A stretch of 26,509 nucleotides of DNA from assembly GCA_023246985.1 (NCBI GenBank), contig JAHFHJ010000001.1, forward strand, positions 18,514 through 45,022. Reading direction: 5' to 3'. The position numbers were made by a program, and so were the translations under genes. The DNA is from Candidatus Omnitrophota bacterium. Lineage in GTDB: Bacteria > Omnitrophota > Omnitrophia > Omnitrophales > Aquincolibacteriaceae. The notes under the pieces are model-generated. The model worked only from the letters and a program-made list of their open reading frames with translations, searched no databases and had not been told where the DNA came from. Within the stretch, counting starts at the first letter, position 1. Every line of letters starts with the position of its first letter. Below are positions 17,922 to 25,233 of this stretch, in pieces.

Positions 17922-18425
17922 CTACTCGTTGCCTTTTTCACGCGGCCGCGGGAGAAGATCGGTTTTGAGGCAGGTCACATGATCGATAAAAAGAACGCCG
18001 TTCAAATGATCCACTTCATGCTCCACGCAGATTGCTTCGATCCCAGTGCTGACCTTTTCATGGAATTCGCCTTGCGTGTCCTGCCACCTGAAACGCACCC
18101 ACCGGTGGCGTTTCAGGAACGCCGTATAATCCGGAAGGCTCATACACCCCTCTTTGCGCGTTTCCGGTTCCCTCGTTTCAAGGATCACGGGGTTGACGAG
18201 AATGAGACGCTCCGCTTGGGGTTCGCGTTTGGAAACATCCACGATGGCAACGGCCCTGGCCGTCCCGATCTGCGGCGCCGCGATGCCGATCCCGCGCGGC
18301 TGGCTTTTCATAACGCGCACTAACGCGGCCACAAGTTTCAAAAGCGAACGGTCGAATACCGTGACCCTCTGCGCTTTTTTCCTGAGAATCGGGTTCGGAA
18401 AGATCCTAAGAGACGCGGGGTTCAT
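17922..18425 (-). CDS. def: Peptide deformylase
   Basis: All three PDF motifs present: GIGIAAPQIG, EGCMS, HEVDHLNG. Confidence 0.96.
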   Translation of the reverse strand: MNPASLRIFPNPILRKKAQRVTVFDRSLLKLVAALVRVMKSQPRGIGIAAPQIGTARAVAIVDVSKREPQAERLILVNPVILETREPETRKEGCMSLPDYTAFLKRHRWVRFRWQDTQGEFHEKVSTGIEAICVEHEVDHLNGVLFIDHVTCLKTDLLPRPREKGNE

Positions 18426-18431
18426 CAGGGA

Positions 18432-18983
18432 TTACAGAGAAACGCGTTCCAAAGGCCGGGTCTGAATCTCAATCATTAATTTCCGAGAGACCTTCGCCAA
18501 AAGGGTTTTGAGTTTTGCCAAAACCGTTGTTCCGGGGACATCCACTTCCAGAAGCATCGCGTAGGTCGTCTTGGCGCCCTTGCCAAGGATGCGGCTGTCG
18601 AGATCCGTGATATTGACCCGGAGCCCCGCCAACGCCCGGCTCACTTCATACACGATCCCGGTACGGTCCTTTCCGAATGCGGTCACGATATAGGGAAGGC
18701 ATCCGGACGCATGCTTTCTCCCGCGCGAGATCTTCCCTGTCAGTTCCGTCATGTGACAATCCATGGACCACGGCGCGGAGCCAAGGATCTCAAGACCCTG
18801 CGCGACCCGCGCTACGGACGAAGGCGACGGAAGACACGCCGTCATCATCATGGCGAATTGCCCCTCCAAAAGAGTCATGCTGATATCTTCCAGGTTACAG
18901 CCCCGGGCGAATAAAAGGCCGCTCAGTTTGGCGATAATCCCGGGCTTGTCTTTACCGCTGACCGTGATCAGGATTTTTTTCAT
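18432..18983 (-). CDS. Tandem ACT-domain protein, GcvR (glycine cleavage regulator)-like
   Basis: Two ACT repeats: ILITVSGKDKPGII...GCNLEDISM and IVTAFGKDRTGIV...VNITDLDS. Confidence 0.8.
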   Translation of the reverse strand: MKKILITVSGKDKPGIIAKLSGLLFARGCNLEDISMTLLEGQFAMMMTACLPSPSSVARVAQGLEILGSAPWSMDCHMTELTGKISRGRKHASGCLPYIVTAFGKDRTGIVYEVSRALAGLRVNITDLDSRILGKGAKTTYAMLLEVDVPGTTVLAKLKTLLAKVSRKLMIEIQTRPLERVSL

Positions 18984-20632
18984 TTCTTCTTTCCCTCCAA
19001 TATTTTAGAAAGCGCGTCCATGCCCCGCTGAATCATCTGATCCTGTTCCGAGATCGGCTCTCGCGGTTGAGACGGCCCGCTCGGGGTTGAGGCCGTTCCG
19101 GTCTTTGGGGAACCGAGCACCTTGGAAAGCCGTTCCATCCCCCGGTTCAGAAGCTGATCCGCCCCGCTTTGAAGCAGCCGCGAAGCGATATACGAAAGAT
19201 CCGGCTGGACCGAAACATCTGGAAAAACGCCGCCACAGCGAAACGGGATCGTCACCTGACCGTTCGGGTCCGACAAGAATTTCAATTCCCGTATTTTCCT
19301 CATGAGATACCCGGAAAGTGACCGCGAAAATGCGAGCTGCATCGAACCCTCCGCGCGTTTATCCGAGATCCCATAGTTGCCTTGACCGCTCAACTGATAG
19401 TTCGGATGCGTGAGCCGGAATTCACTCACGCTCGCCCGCCCCCCTTGCGCGGCATATTTGACCCGCAGGAACTGAAACGGCGTATCGCGACCTTTCAACA
19501 TTTCGCTCACCTCCGGAGGCAGATCCCCGCCCAAAGCGGTCGTGATCGCGAGTACCGGAGAAAGCTTGTCGAAAATCTCCTGGATCAGGTTCCGGTTCCG
19601 AAGAGCTCCATCCTTGATCTCGAGCGTTCCATGCCCCGCGAGCGAGCGCGTTATAACATCGGGATTGGCTCCGTCAAAGATGAGGTTCGCCCCGGCGCTG
19701 AGCCGTCCGGTCACATACTCGCCTTTTTTATAGGCCTCGGGAATCACGGAATCCATCTCCAGATCTCGGATCTCAAGCGCTCCCTCAAAATGGGGCATGG
19801 TACGGATCACTTTGAGCAAGCCCCTGAACACGACTTGTTCCGGGCCATAGCGAAGCACAAGGGCCAACGACTGTGCCTTCAGATCGAGATCCCCTTCCGT
19901 CTCCAGATTTTTGGGGGTAGCGCCCAATACCGATCCGCCAGCGGTGAAATGCAACGGTGAAACCGCGGCCTTCTGAAGAACCTCCGCCTCAAGCTTTTCA
20001 ATATTCATCCGGAAAGACGGCACGACGGTTTCATCCACAAAATGAACGATCCCGTCGCTCACGAGCACTTTCCCAAGACTGAATTCCCACCCTTGAGTCA
20101 GATCCGCGATACCCTGCGCTGGACTCGCGAGAGCGGAGACGCCCACATCTTCCGCCACTTCGGCCACGGGCATCCCTCTGCCCTTGGAACGCATGGGCTG
20201 AGTCATGGGCGGCGGCTTCGCAAGAGTATCGGAGATTTGCCAATTCCAGTTCCCGGCGGAATTGCGCCTGATGAAGATCTCCGGACTCCGGATCAAGGCC
20301 TGCGACAGACTCAAGCGCTTCTGCCAGATCGAGATCAGATTCACATCAATTTGGACACTCCGGCTTTGCAGAAGTTTTTCGAGAGTTTGAGGATGATAGA
20401 ATTTGAGGCTATCCACTTCAAGCCGAGGCTGGGGCCGCCAAGCGAGCCGTATCTTCCCAAGCTCCATGCGAAAACCCGTCCGTTCGGTAAGTTGTTTTTC
20501 CAATTCCGAGCGGAACATGTTGGGATCGAAGTTTCGCAGCATGATAAAACTGACCGCGCCTAAAACAATCCCGAGGATCAGAAGCGCGGTTAAAAAGCCA
20601 ATAAGGAATTTCAGGAGGCCTCGTAGGACCAT
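18980..20632 (-). CDS. AsmA-family (repeating beta-groove) envelope protein
   Basis: N-terminal TM anchor, FDPNMFRSELEKQLTERTG, beta-rich body, SLAGHGTLEIKDG, DTPFQFL, LSGQG, IPFRCGG..P.V.PD C-terminal pattern. Confidence 0.8.
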   Translation of the reverse strand: MVLRGLLKFLIGFLTALLILGIVLGAVSFIMLRNFDPNMFRSELEKQLTERTGFRMELGKIRLAWRPQPRLEVDSLKFYHPQTLEKLLQSRSVQIDVNLISIWQKRLSLSQALIRSPEIFIRRNSAGNWNWQISDTLAKPPPMTQPMRSKGRGMPVAEVAEDVGVSALASPAQGIADLTQGWEFSLGKVLVSDGIVHFVDETVVPSFRMNIEKLEAEVLQKAAVSPLHFTAGGSVLGATPKNLETEGDLDLKAQSLALVLRYGPEQVVFRGLLKVIRTMPHFEGALEIRDLEMDSVIPEAYKKGEYVTGRLSAGANLIFDGANPDVITRSLAGHGTLEIKDGALRNRNLIQEIFDKLSPVLAITTALGGDLPPEVSEMLKGRDTPFQFLRVKYAAQGGRASVSEFRLTHPNYQLSGQGNYGISDKRAEGSMQLAFSRSLSGYLMRKIRELKFLSDPNGQVTIPFRCGGVFPDVSVQPDLSYIASRLLQSGADQLLNRGMERLSKVLGSPKTGTASTPSGPSQPREPISEQDQMIQRGMDALSKILEGKKK

Positions 20633-21072
20633 AGACCTTCGCCCTTCTTCCTGGCTTCCTCCTGGACCTTCAGGAATTTGGCTTTATGGCTGAAGTCCTG
20701 GGTCTCGGCGACTTTAGCGGCTCCGACTTTCACAAGAAATTCATTGAGAAGAACTTCCTGCTCGTCAGGGACCTCATTCAATTTAAACGGAAATTTCACG
20801 TATTTTGCCTGGAGATACGCGTAGGCGGACTCTTGGGCTCCCGGAGCGGGATGGATCAGCAACTGAAATTTCAGGTCCTGCTTCTGCGCAAGGACCCGCA
20901 GGACCGAGATCCCCTCCGCGTCCATCTGGATCCCCGCCAAAACAACCCGTTTTCCGTCGGCGAGCGTCAGCGTCCCGTCCCCACCGACCTCCGTGACAAC
21001 CTCCGCGCAAAGAATCGCCGGCGCCCCGATCAGCAGAACCAGTATCATGAAAACAAAAATCGCCTTTTTCAT
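20611..21072 (-). CDS. Secreted thermonuclease (SNase)-like domain protein, probably degenerate
   Basis: Signal peptide; VTEVGGDGTLTLADGKRVVLAGI and LNEFLVKVGAA...FLKVQEEARKKGEGLWS match the SNase scaffold. Confidence 0.7.
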   Translation of the reverse strand: MKKAIFVFMILVLLIGAPAILCAEVVTEVGGDGTLTLADGKRVVLAGIQMDAEGISVLRVLAQKQDLKFQLLIHPAPGAQESAYAYLQAKYVKFPFKLNEVPDEQEVLLNEFLVKVGAAKVAETQDFSHKAKFLKVQEEARKKGEGLWSYEAS

Positions 21073-21101
21073 CTCTTCCTCAAGGACGCGCTGAAGGCGT
21101 C

Positions 21102-21506
21102 TTATGACGGAAAGCGTTTATAGCGGATCATTTCCCCCTTAGCATAAATACGGCCTTGCGGAAATTTTGAGGCCGTAAGATCGGGCCAATATTGCATGTG
21201 AATAACCGCCTCCGCCTGATGATTTTTCCTGGCGACTTTGAGGATCTTCTCATTCAGCAAATCCCGCAAATAAGCCTCCTGCGAGATATTCTCAAAGCGA
21301 CCGAATGTGATCCACTCCCAAGCCTGGCCGAAGATTCTCCTGTAGGAAATCCGGGGTGCCGGGCGATCGACCTCGATCGAACCGAGCGAGTCGTACGACG
21401 GGTTGAGATCGCCCTGTATCGCGACAACCTTCTGCACCCTGGAACATCCACCATGCATACCCAAAATCATGACCACACTCAACATCAAAGCCCATGAATA
21501 TTTCAT
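21102..21506 (-). CDS. Putative lipoprotein, YbjQ-like fold (tentative)
   Basis: Signal peptide ending HGG-C21; YDSLGSIEV...A..N.QAEAVIH...YAKGEMIRY pattern; GGAGGG RBS at 21519-21514. Confidence 0.55.
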   Translation of the reverse strand: MKYSWALMLSVVMILGMHGGCSRVQKVVAIQGDLNPSYDSLGSIEVDRPAPRISYRRIFGQAWEWITFGRFENISQEAYLRDLLNEKILKVARKNHQAEAVIHMQYWPDLTASKFPQGRIYAKGEMIRYKRFPS

Positions 21507-21529
21507 GTTAAATCCCTCCGTTGAAGTTT

Positions 21530-21647
21530 CTATCCTTGTCTGAAACTTGATTTCTTAAATGGTTGACAAGGATTGCCCCAATTTCAACTTCGCCGAAATT
21601 GATAAATATTGGGACTATCCTTGTCTGAAACTTGATTTCTAAAATGG
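21530..21647. repeat. 33-bp direct repeat (2 copies, 32/33 identical) with a partial inverted copy in the 52-bp spacer
   Basis: CTATCCTTGTCTGAAACTTGATTTCT(T/A)AAATGG at 21530-21562 and 21615-21647; GACAAGGATTG at 21565-21575 is the reverse complement (10/11) of the repeat's first 11 nt. Confidence 0.9.
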
Positions 21648-21713
21648 CAGTTGGAACGGCCCCCTCCCGTCAGAGGCGGGATGATCGACATTGGGGACCA
21701 TTATACCTTTCGT

Positions 21714-23057
21714 TTACGGCAAGTGTCTGATCTTTTGCTTGGCCCATGCGAGCGCCTCTTCGCGGGTCTCATGCGTTCCTTCCAGCTGAAGCTCGTAAAG
21801 TTCTTCAAGCACCGGTTTCATGGCCGGACCGGGCTTCATGCCAAGGTCCATCAGATCGTGCCCGTTCACGAGCGGCTTGGGTTTGAGCTCCTCATTTGCG
21901 TACTCCTTGAGCTTGTCCTGGAGGAACGCGAGATTATCCAGCATCCCGTGGCTCGCCGTGCAATCCGCGCGGTGGAGCTCCATTTCGTCCTTAAAATGCG
22001 GGCGGCTGATGAATTGCTTCAGTTTCCCGGCCCGCATTTTCTGAACCTCCATGAATTTCATATGATTGGCCACGCATTCCGCGACGCCGTCGATCTCCTC
22101 GTTGGAGAATCGCAGCCGTTTCATGATCTCACACGCGATCTTCACGCCTTCCTCGGAATGCTCGTAAAAAGTCAGCCGCCCCTTGCGGATCGCGGCCGTC
22201 TTGGGCTTCCCGATATCGTGAAAAAGCGCGGCAAACGCAAGAGTTGTCGAGACCGGAGGATGAAAATGCTCCAGAAGGAGCCGGGTATGTTCATAGACAT
22301 CGCCCTCGGGATGAAAATTTTCGGGCTGCTTGACGCCGCGCATTGTCTCGACCTCGGGAAGGATCTCTTTCATAAGCCCCGACTCGGAAAGAAGCACGAA
22401 ACCCCGCGCCGCGCCGGCTCGCGTGAAGATCTTCACGATCTCTTCGCGGATCCGCTCAGGGCTCACGGCATGAATCCCGGAAGCCTGCTTGCGAAGCGCG
22501 TCCCATGTTTTTTTCTCGATCTCAAAACCCAGCGTGGAGGCAAAACGGATCGCCCGGAGAAGCCGGAGCTTGTCTTCTTCGAAACGGGCTGCAGGATCCC
22601 CGATAGCGCGGATCACTTTCAGGGGCAGGTCTTCGAGACCCCCCACAAAGTCGATCACTTTCTCCGCGGACGGGTCATAAAACATCCCGTTCACCGTAAA
22701 ATCACGCCGCTTGGCGTCTTCCTCGGGCTGGGTGAAGGCGACATGGGCGGGATGACGGCCGTCCTGATAACCGCCTTCGCAGCGGAAAGTCGCCACCTCG
22801 AACGGGGCCTCTCCTTCCACAACGATCATCACGCCGAATTGCTTACCGACGGGGATCGTCTTGCGGAAGATCTTCTCGACCTCGTCAGGCGTCGCAGTCG
22901 TGGCGATATCAAAATCCCGCGGCCCTTGGCCCATCAGGTGATCGCGAACGCAACCCCCCGCGAAATAGGCGGTGAAGCCCCTCTCGCTTAGGGTCTTGGC
23001 GATCGCGAACGCAAGCCGTGCTTTCGGTTCGCTAAGGTCCATCGGTCCGGGATTCAT
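21714..23057 (-). CDS. cca: CCA tRNA nucleotidyltransferase with HD domain
   Basis: AGGCVRD..DFDIAT, EDAKRRDFTVN, EDKLRLLRAIRF, HPEGDVYEHT, ALFHDIGKP. The upstream segment reads VGKQFGVMIV, not the G-R/K-R/K-F signature of poly(A) polymerase. Confidence 0.88.
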   Translation of the reverse strand: MNPGPMDLSEPKARLAFAIAKTLSERGFTAYFAGGCVRDHLMGQGPRDFDIATTATPDEVEKIFRKTIPVGKQFGVMIVVEGEAPFEVATFRCEGGYQDGRHPAHVAFTQPEEDAKRRDFTVNGMFYDPSAEKVIDFVGGLEDLPLKVIRAIGDPAARFEEDKLRLLRAIRFASTLGFEIEKKTWDALRKQASGIHAVSPERIREEIVKIFTRAGAARGFVLLSESGLMKEILPEVETMRGVKQPENFHPEGDVYEHTRLLLEHFHPPVSTTLAFAALFHDIGKPKTAAIRKGRLTFYEHSEEGVKIACEIMKRLRFSNEEIDGVAECVANHMKFMEVQKMRAGKLKQFISRPHFKDEMELHRADCTASHGMLDNLAFLQDKLKEYANEELKPKPLVNGHDLMDLGMKPGPAMKPVLEELYELQLEGTHETREEALAWAKQKIRHLP

Positions 23058-23070
23058 TCCGCTCCATCGG

Positions 23071-23391
23071 TTAGAGACTGAAAAAATCGCGGGCCGCCTT
23101 GGCTCCCGCGGATTTCTGATAATCCTGGTAATCGATCAGCATAAGATCCGGCCGTTTTTCCGCAAGACGCCGGGCTAGCTGAAACCGTTCGGCCGGATGT
23201 GTTTCAAGACGGCGGCTTGCGATATATTTAAAAACCGCCCCGCAGGCCGGACAGGATTGGGTCGCGTAGGCATTGATCCCGAGCTCATTGCAGGAAGCAC
23301 AATTCCCCGAGAGATCTCCGATAATCAGAAGATTTTTTTTTACCTCTTCAAGATCGAACGGCTGATAGGTCCTTAAATAATGCTGTGCCAT
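23071..23391 (-). CDS. Hypothetical protein with zinc-ribbon motif
   Basis: CASC-x12-CPAC; fits between neighbouring same-strand genes with gaps of 13 and 18 nt. Confidence 0.75.
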   Translation of the reverse strand: MAQHYLRTYQPFDLEEVKKNLLIIGDLSGNCASCNELGINAYATQSCPACGAVFKYIASRRLETHPAERFQLARRLAEKRPDLMLIDYQDYQKSAGAKAARDFFSL

Positions 23392-23409
23392 CGCTACTCA
23401 TCCTTCGCG

Positions 23410-23892
23410 TTATATCTTGGTCACCCTATCTCCGGCACGGACACGGGACTGCACCTCCACGCCGAAATCATCGCCTTTTCTGGCGATCAAAACCGGCTGG
23501 TGATCGATTTGCATGGAAGCGACCTTTTGGGTAAAATTGGTGGTATGTCCCTTGAAATGCAGCTTATCCCCCACGCGGATCGTCCCAACCTTGATCTTAA
23601 GCACCGCAGCATTGACGTGCGGGAAATAATGTGTCACTTCCGCGATCGGCAATGCCGCCAAAGCTTCTTTGACCATGACCGTCGGCTTTTTAGAGGCCGC
23701 TTTTTTCTTCGCGGTTTTGCCCTCAGACCTGGGCGCAGCTTTTTTAGCCAACCGCTTCTTGGCCGATTTTGTCACTTTCTTTTGAGCGATTTGGGCGGTT
23801 CCTTTCTTTGGGGCCTTCTGGAAAGATTTCCCGGTTTTCCGGGACTTGGAAGAGCCTAAAAGTGCTTTGCCGAGCTTCTTTAAAAACTTCAT
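23410..23892 (-). CDS. Translation-elongation-factor-like (EF-Tu domain II-type beta-barrel) protein with Lys/Ala-rich N-terminal extension
   Basis: C-terminal IAEVTHYF.HVNAAVLKI..GTIRVGD.LHFKG.TT.FTQ.V.SMQIDH..V..A.KGDDFGVEV..RVR.GDRV; N-terminal KKAAP/KKKAASKK tracts; GGGGGG RBS-like run. Confidence 0.8.
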   Translation of the reverse strand: MKFLKKLGKALLGSSKSRKTGKSFQKAPKKGTAQIAQKKVTKSAKKRLAKKAAPRSEGKTAKKKAASKKPTVMVKEALAALPIAEVTHYFPHVNAAVLKIKVGTIRVGDKLHFKGHTTNFTQKVASMQIDHQPVLIARKGDDFGVEVQSRVRAGDRVTKI

Positions 23893-24028
23893 GGTGTCCC
23901 CCCGTTAGAGTTTTAACAGTGTGAAACAAGATTTTCGGTCGACGATGATAAAAACAATAAACATCATTACCCTGTCAAAATCTTTGGGACCCCAACGGGG
24001 TCAATCCTTCGGTGAATGGCGAAACGGT

Positions 24029-25111
24029 TTATGAATCTTTTTCCAAAACGATCTCTCTGGGCGTTGGTCCGGTCACCTCCCCCTGATGCTGCTCCAGCAC
24101 ATTCAGCCGGTTCCGGAGTTTCTGGAACCGCTGCTCGGTTTTCTCATACGCCGTGCGGGCGTGCGCCAGATGCCCCCCGATCTTCTCAAAATCCGTAAGA
24201 CACTGCTCGAGATCGACTTCCAGCTGACCCAGATTTTCAAGAATAATCTGCGCCGAACGTTCGATCCGCATGCCTTTCAAGCCCCGCACGATCGCCTGGA
24301 GATACGCGTAAAAACTGTTCGGCGAAACCGGGATCACTTTGCACTTCATGGCGTAGGACGACAAACTTTCGTTCTGGGCGTCATCCTTGATGATCGTTTC
24401 ATAGTAAATGCTTTCGGACGGAATATACATCAACGCAAACTCAAACGTGCCTTCTTCCGGAAGAATGTATTTCGTCCCGATATCGTCGATATGTTTTTTG
24501 ACATCGCGCCCGAACACCTTGCGGGCCTCCGCCCGCTTTTCGTCGCTCCCCGCTTCCAGGATCCGCTTAAAATTCTCCAGCGGGAACTTCGCATCCACCG
24601 GGATCAATCCGTCCCCGAGCCGGATGATCGCATCCACCTGCGACCCGTTCGCGAAACGGTACTGAAGCGAGAAGTGGTCTTCCGGCAGGATCTGGCGCAA
24701 AAGTTCCGCGAGCAATAGCTCCCCCATCCCGCCGCGAAGTTTGGGAGCGCGGAGAATGTCATGAAGCGACGCGATATCCTTCCCGATATCCATCATGGAC
24801 TGCGTGGCATGCTGCAAGACCCCGAGCCGGTGCTGAACATCCCCCATCACCTGCCGGTAACTCTGCTGGTTCTCCTGCAGGAACTCTGAGTTCTGTTTCA
24901 TCTGATCGTTCATCTGCCGGGAAAGCGCCGAGATCTGGTCCTGGAGCGTGGTATTAAGATTGTGGAGTTCGTGCTGGAGTTGGAAAAAAGGCTGGAAGGA
25001 TTTATCGGCGGCGTCTGACCGCTTGGACAGGCGCTGAAAAAGCCCCAACGCCGCGGCAAATCCGCAGAAGGACGCCGTAATCGCAATCAGAACCAAAAGA
25101 GAAATATCCAT
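24029..25111 (-). CDS. rmuC: DNA recombination protein RmuC
   Basis: N-terminal TM, coiled coil, PKLRGGMGELLL, VDAIIRL..G.IPVDAKFPLENF, KHIDDI..KYI.P.EGT.EFALMYIPSE, PVSPNSFYAYL. Confidence 0.93.
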   Translation of the reverse strand: MDISLLVLIAITASFCGFAAALGLFQRLSKRSDAADKSFQPFFQLQHELHNLNTTLQDQISALSRQMNDQMKQNSEFLQENQQSYRQVMGDVQHRLGVLQHATQSMMDIGKDIASLHDILRAPKLRGGMGELLLAELLRQILPEDHFSLQYRFANGSQVDAIIRLGDGLIPVDAKFPLENFKRILEAGSDEKRAEARKVFGRDVKKHIDDIGTKYILPEEGTFEFALMYIPSESIYYETIIKDDAQNESLSSYAMKCKVIPVSPNSFYAYLQAIVRGLKGMRIERSAQIILENLGQLEVDLEQCLTDFEKIGGHLAHARTAYEKTEQRFQKLRNRLNVLEQHQGEVTGPTPREIVLEKDS

Positions 25112-25158
25112 GGCGGATTATAAACGATTATCGCTTCGCTGTCATTGCGCGGTTATGC

Positions 25159-25233
25159 ATCGACACGCGCGCAACGGGCAGCACTCAACGAAAAACTTTG
25201 ACGTTGTGCTTTGCGCATTGAGCGTTGCGCGTT
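25159..25233. repeat. Imperfect inverted repeat of 7-nt units at the RNase E/G stop codon
   Basis: Right arm TGACGTT GTGCTTT GCGCATT GAGCGTT GCGCGTT (25199-25233); left arm AACGGGC AGCACTC AACGAAA (25173-93), preceded by CGCGCGC. Confidence 0.7.

Noticed and set aside
21530-21647. CRISPR array call for the 33-bp repeats
   Set aside because: Only two repeats, a 52-bp spacer that is partly complementary to the repeat, no typical GAAA(C/G) end and no cas genes in the window; kept as an unexplained repeat instead.
21651-22991. 446-aa + strand ORF opposite cca (likewise 12275-13189, 1590-2288, 4021-4650, 24086-24718)
   Set aside because: Shadow ORFs in the codon-complementary frame of well-supported genes; no recognisable domains.
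23950-24002. Minus-strand TTGACA (23978-73) and GACCCC-AAC-GGGGTC hairpin (23988-24002) after rmuC
   Set aside because: No -10 box at 16-18 nt spacing; the hairpin has only a 6-bp stem and no adjacent U-tract.
24029-25111. Functional link between RmuC (reported to limit inversions at short inverted repeats) and the nearby palindromes or dif
   Set aside because: Adjacency only; rmuC is a widespread housekeeping gene and nothing in the sequence ties it to these elements.
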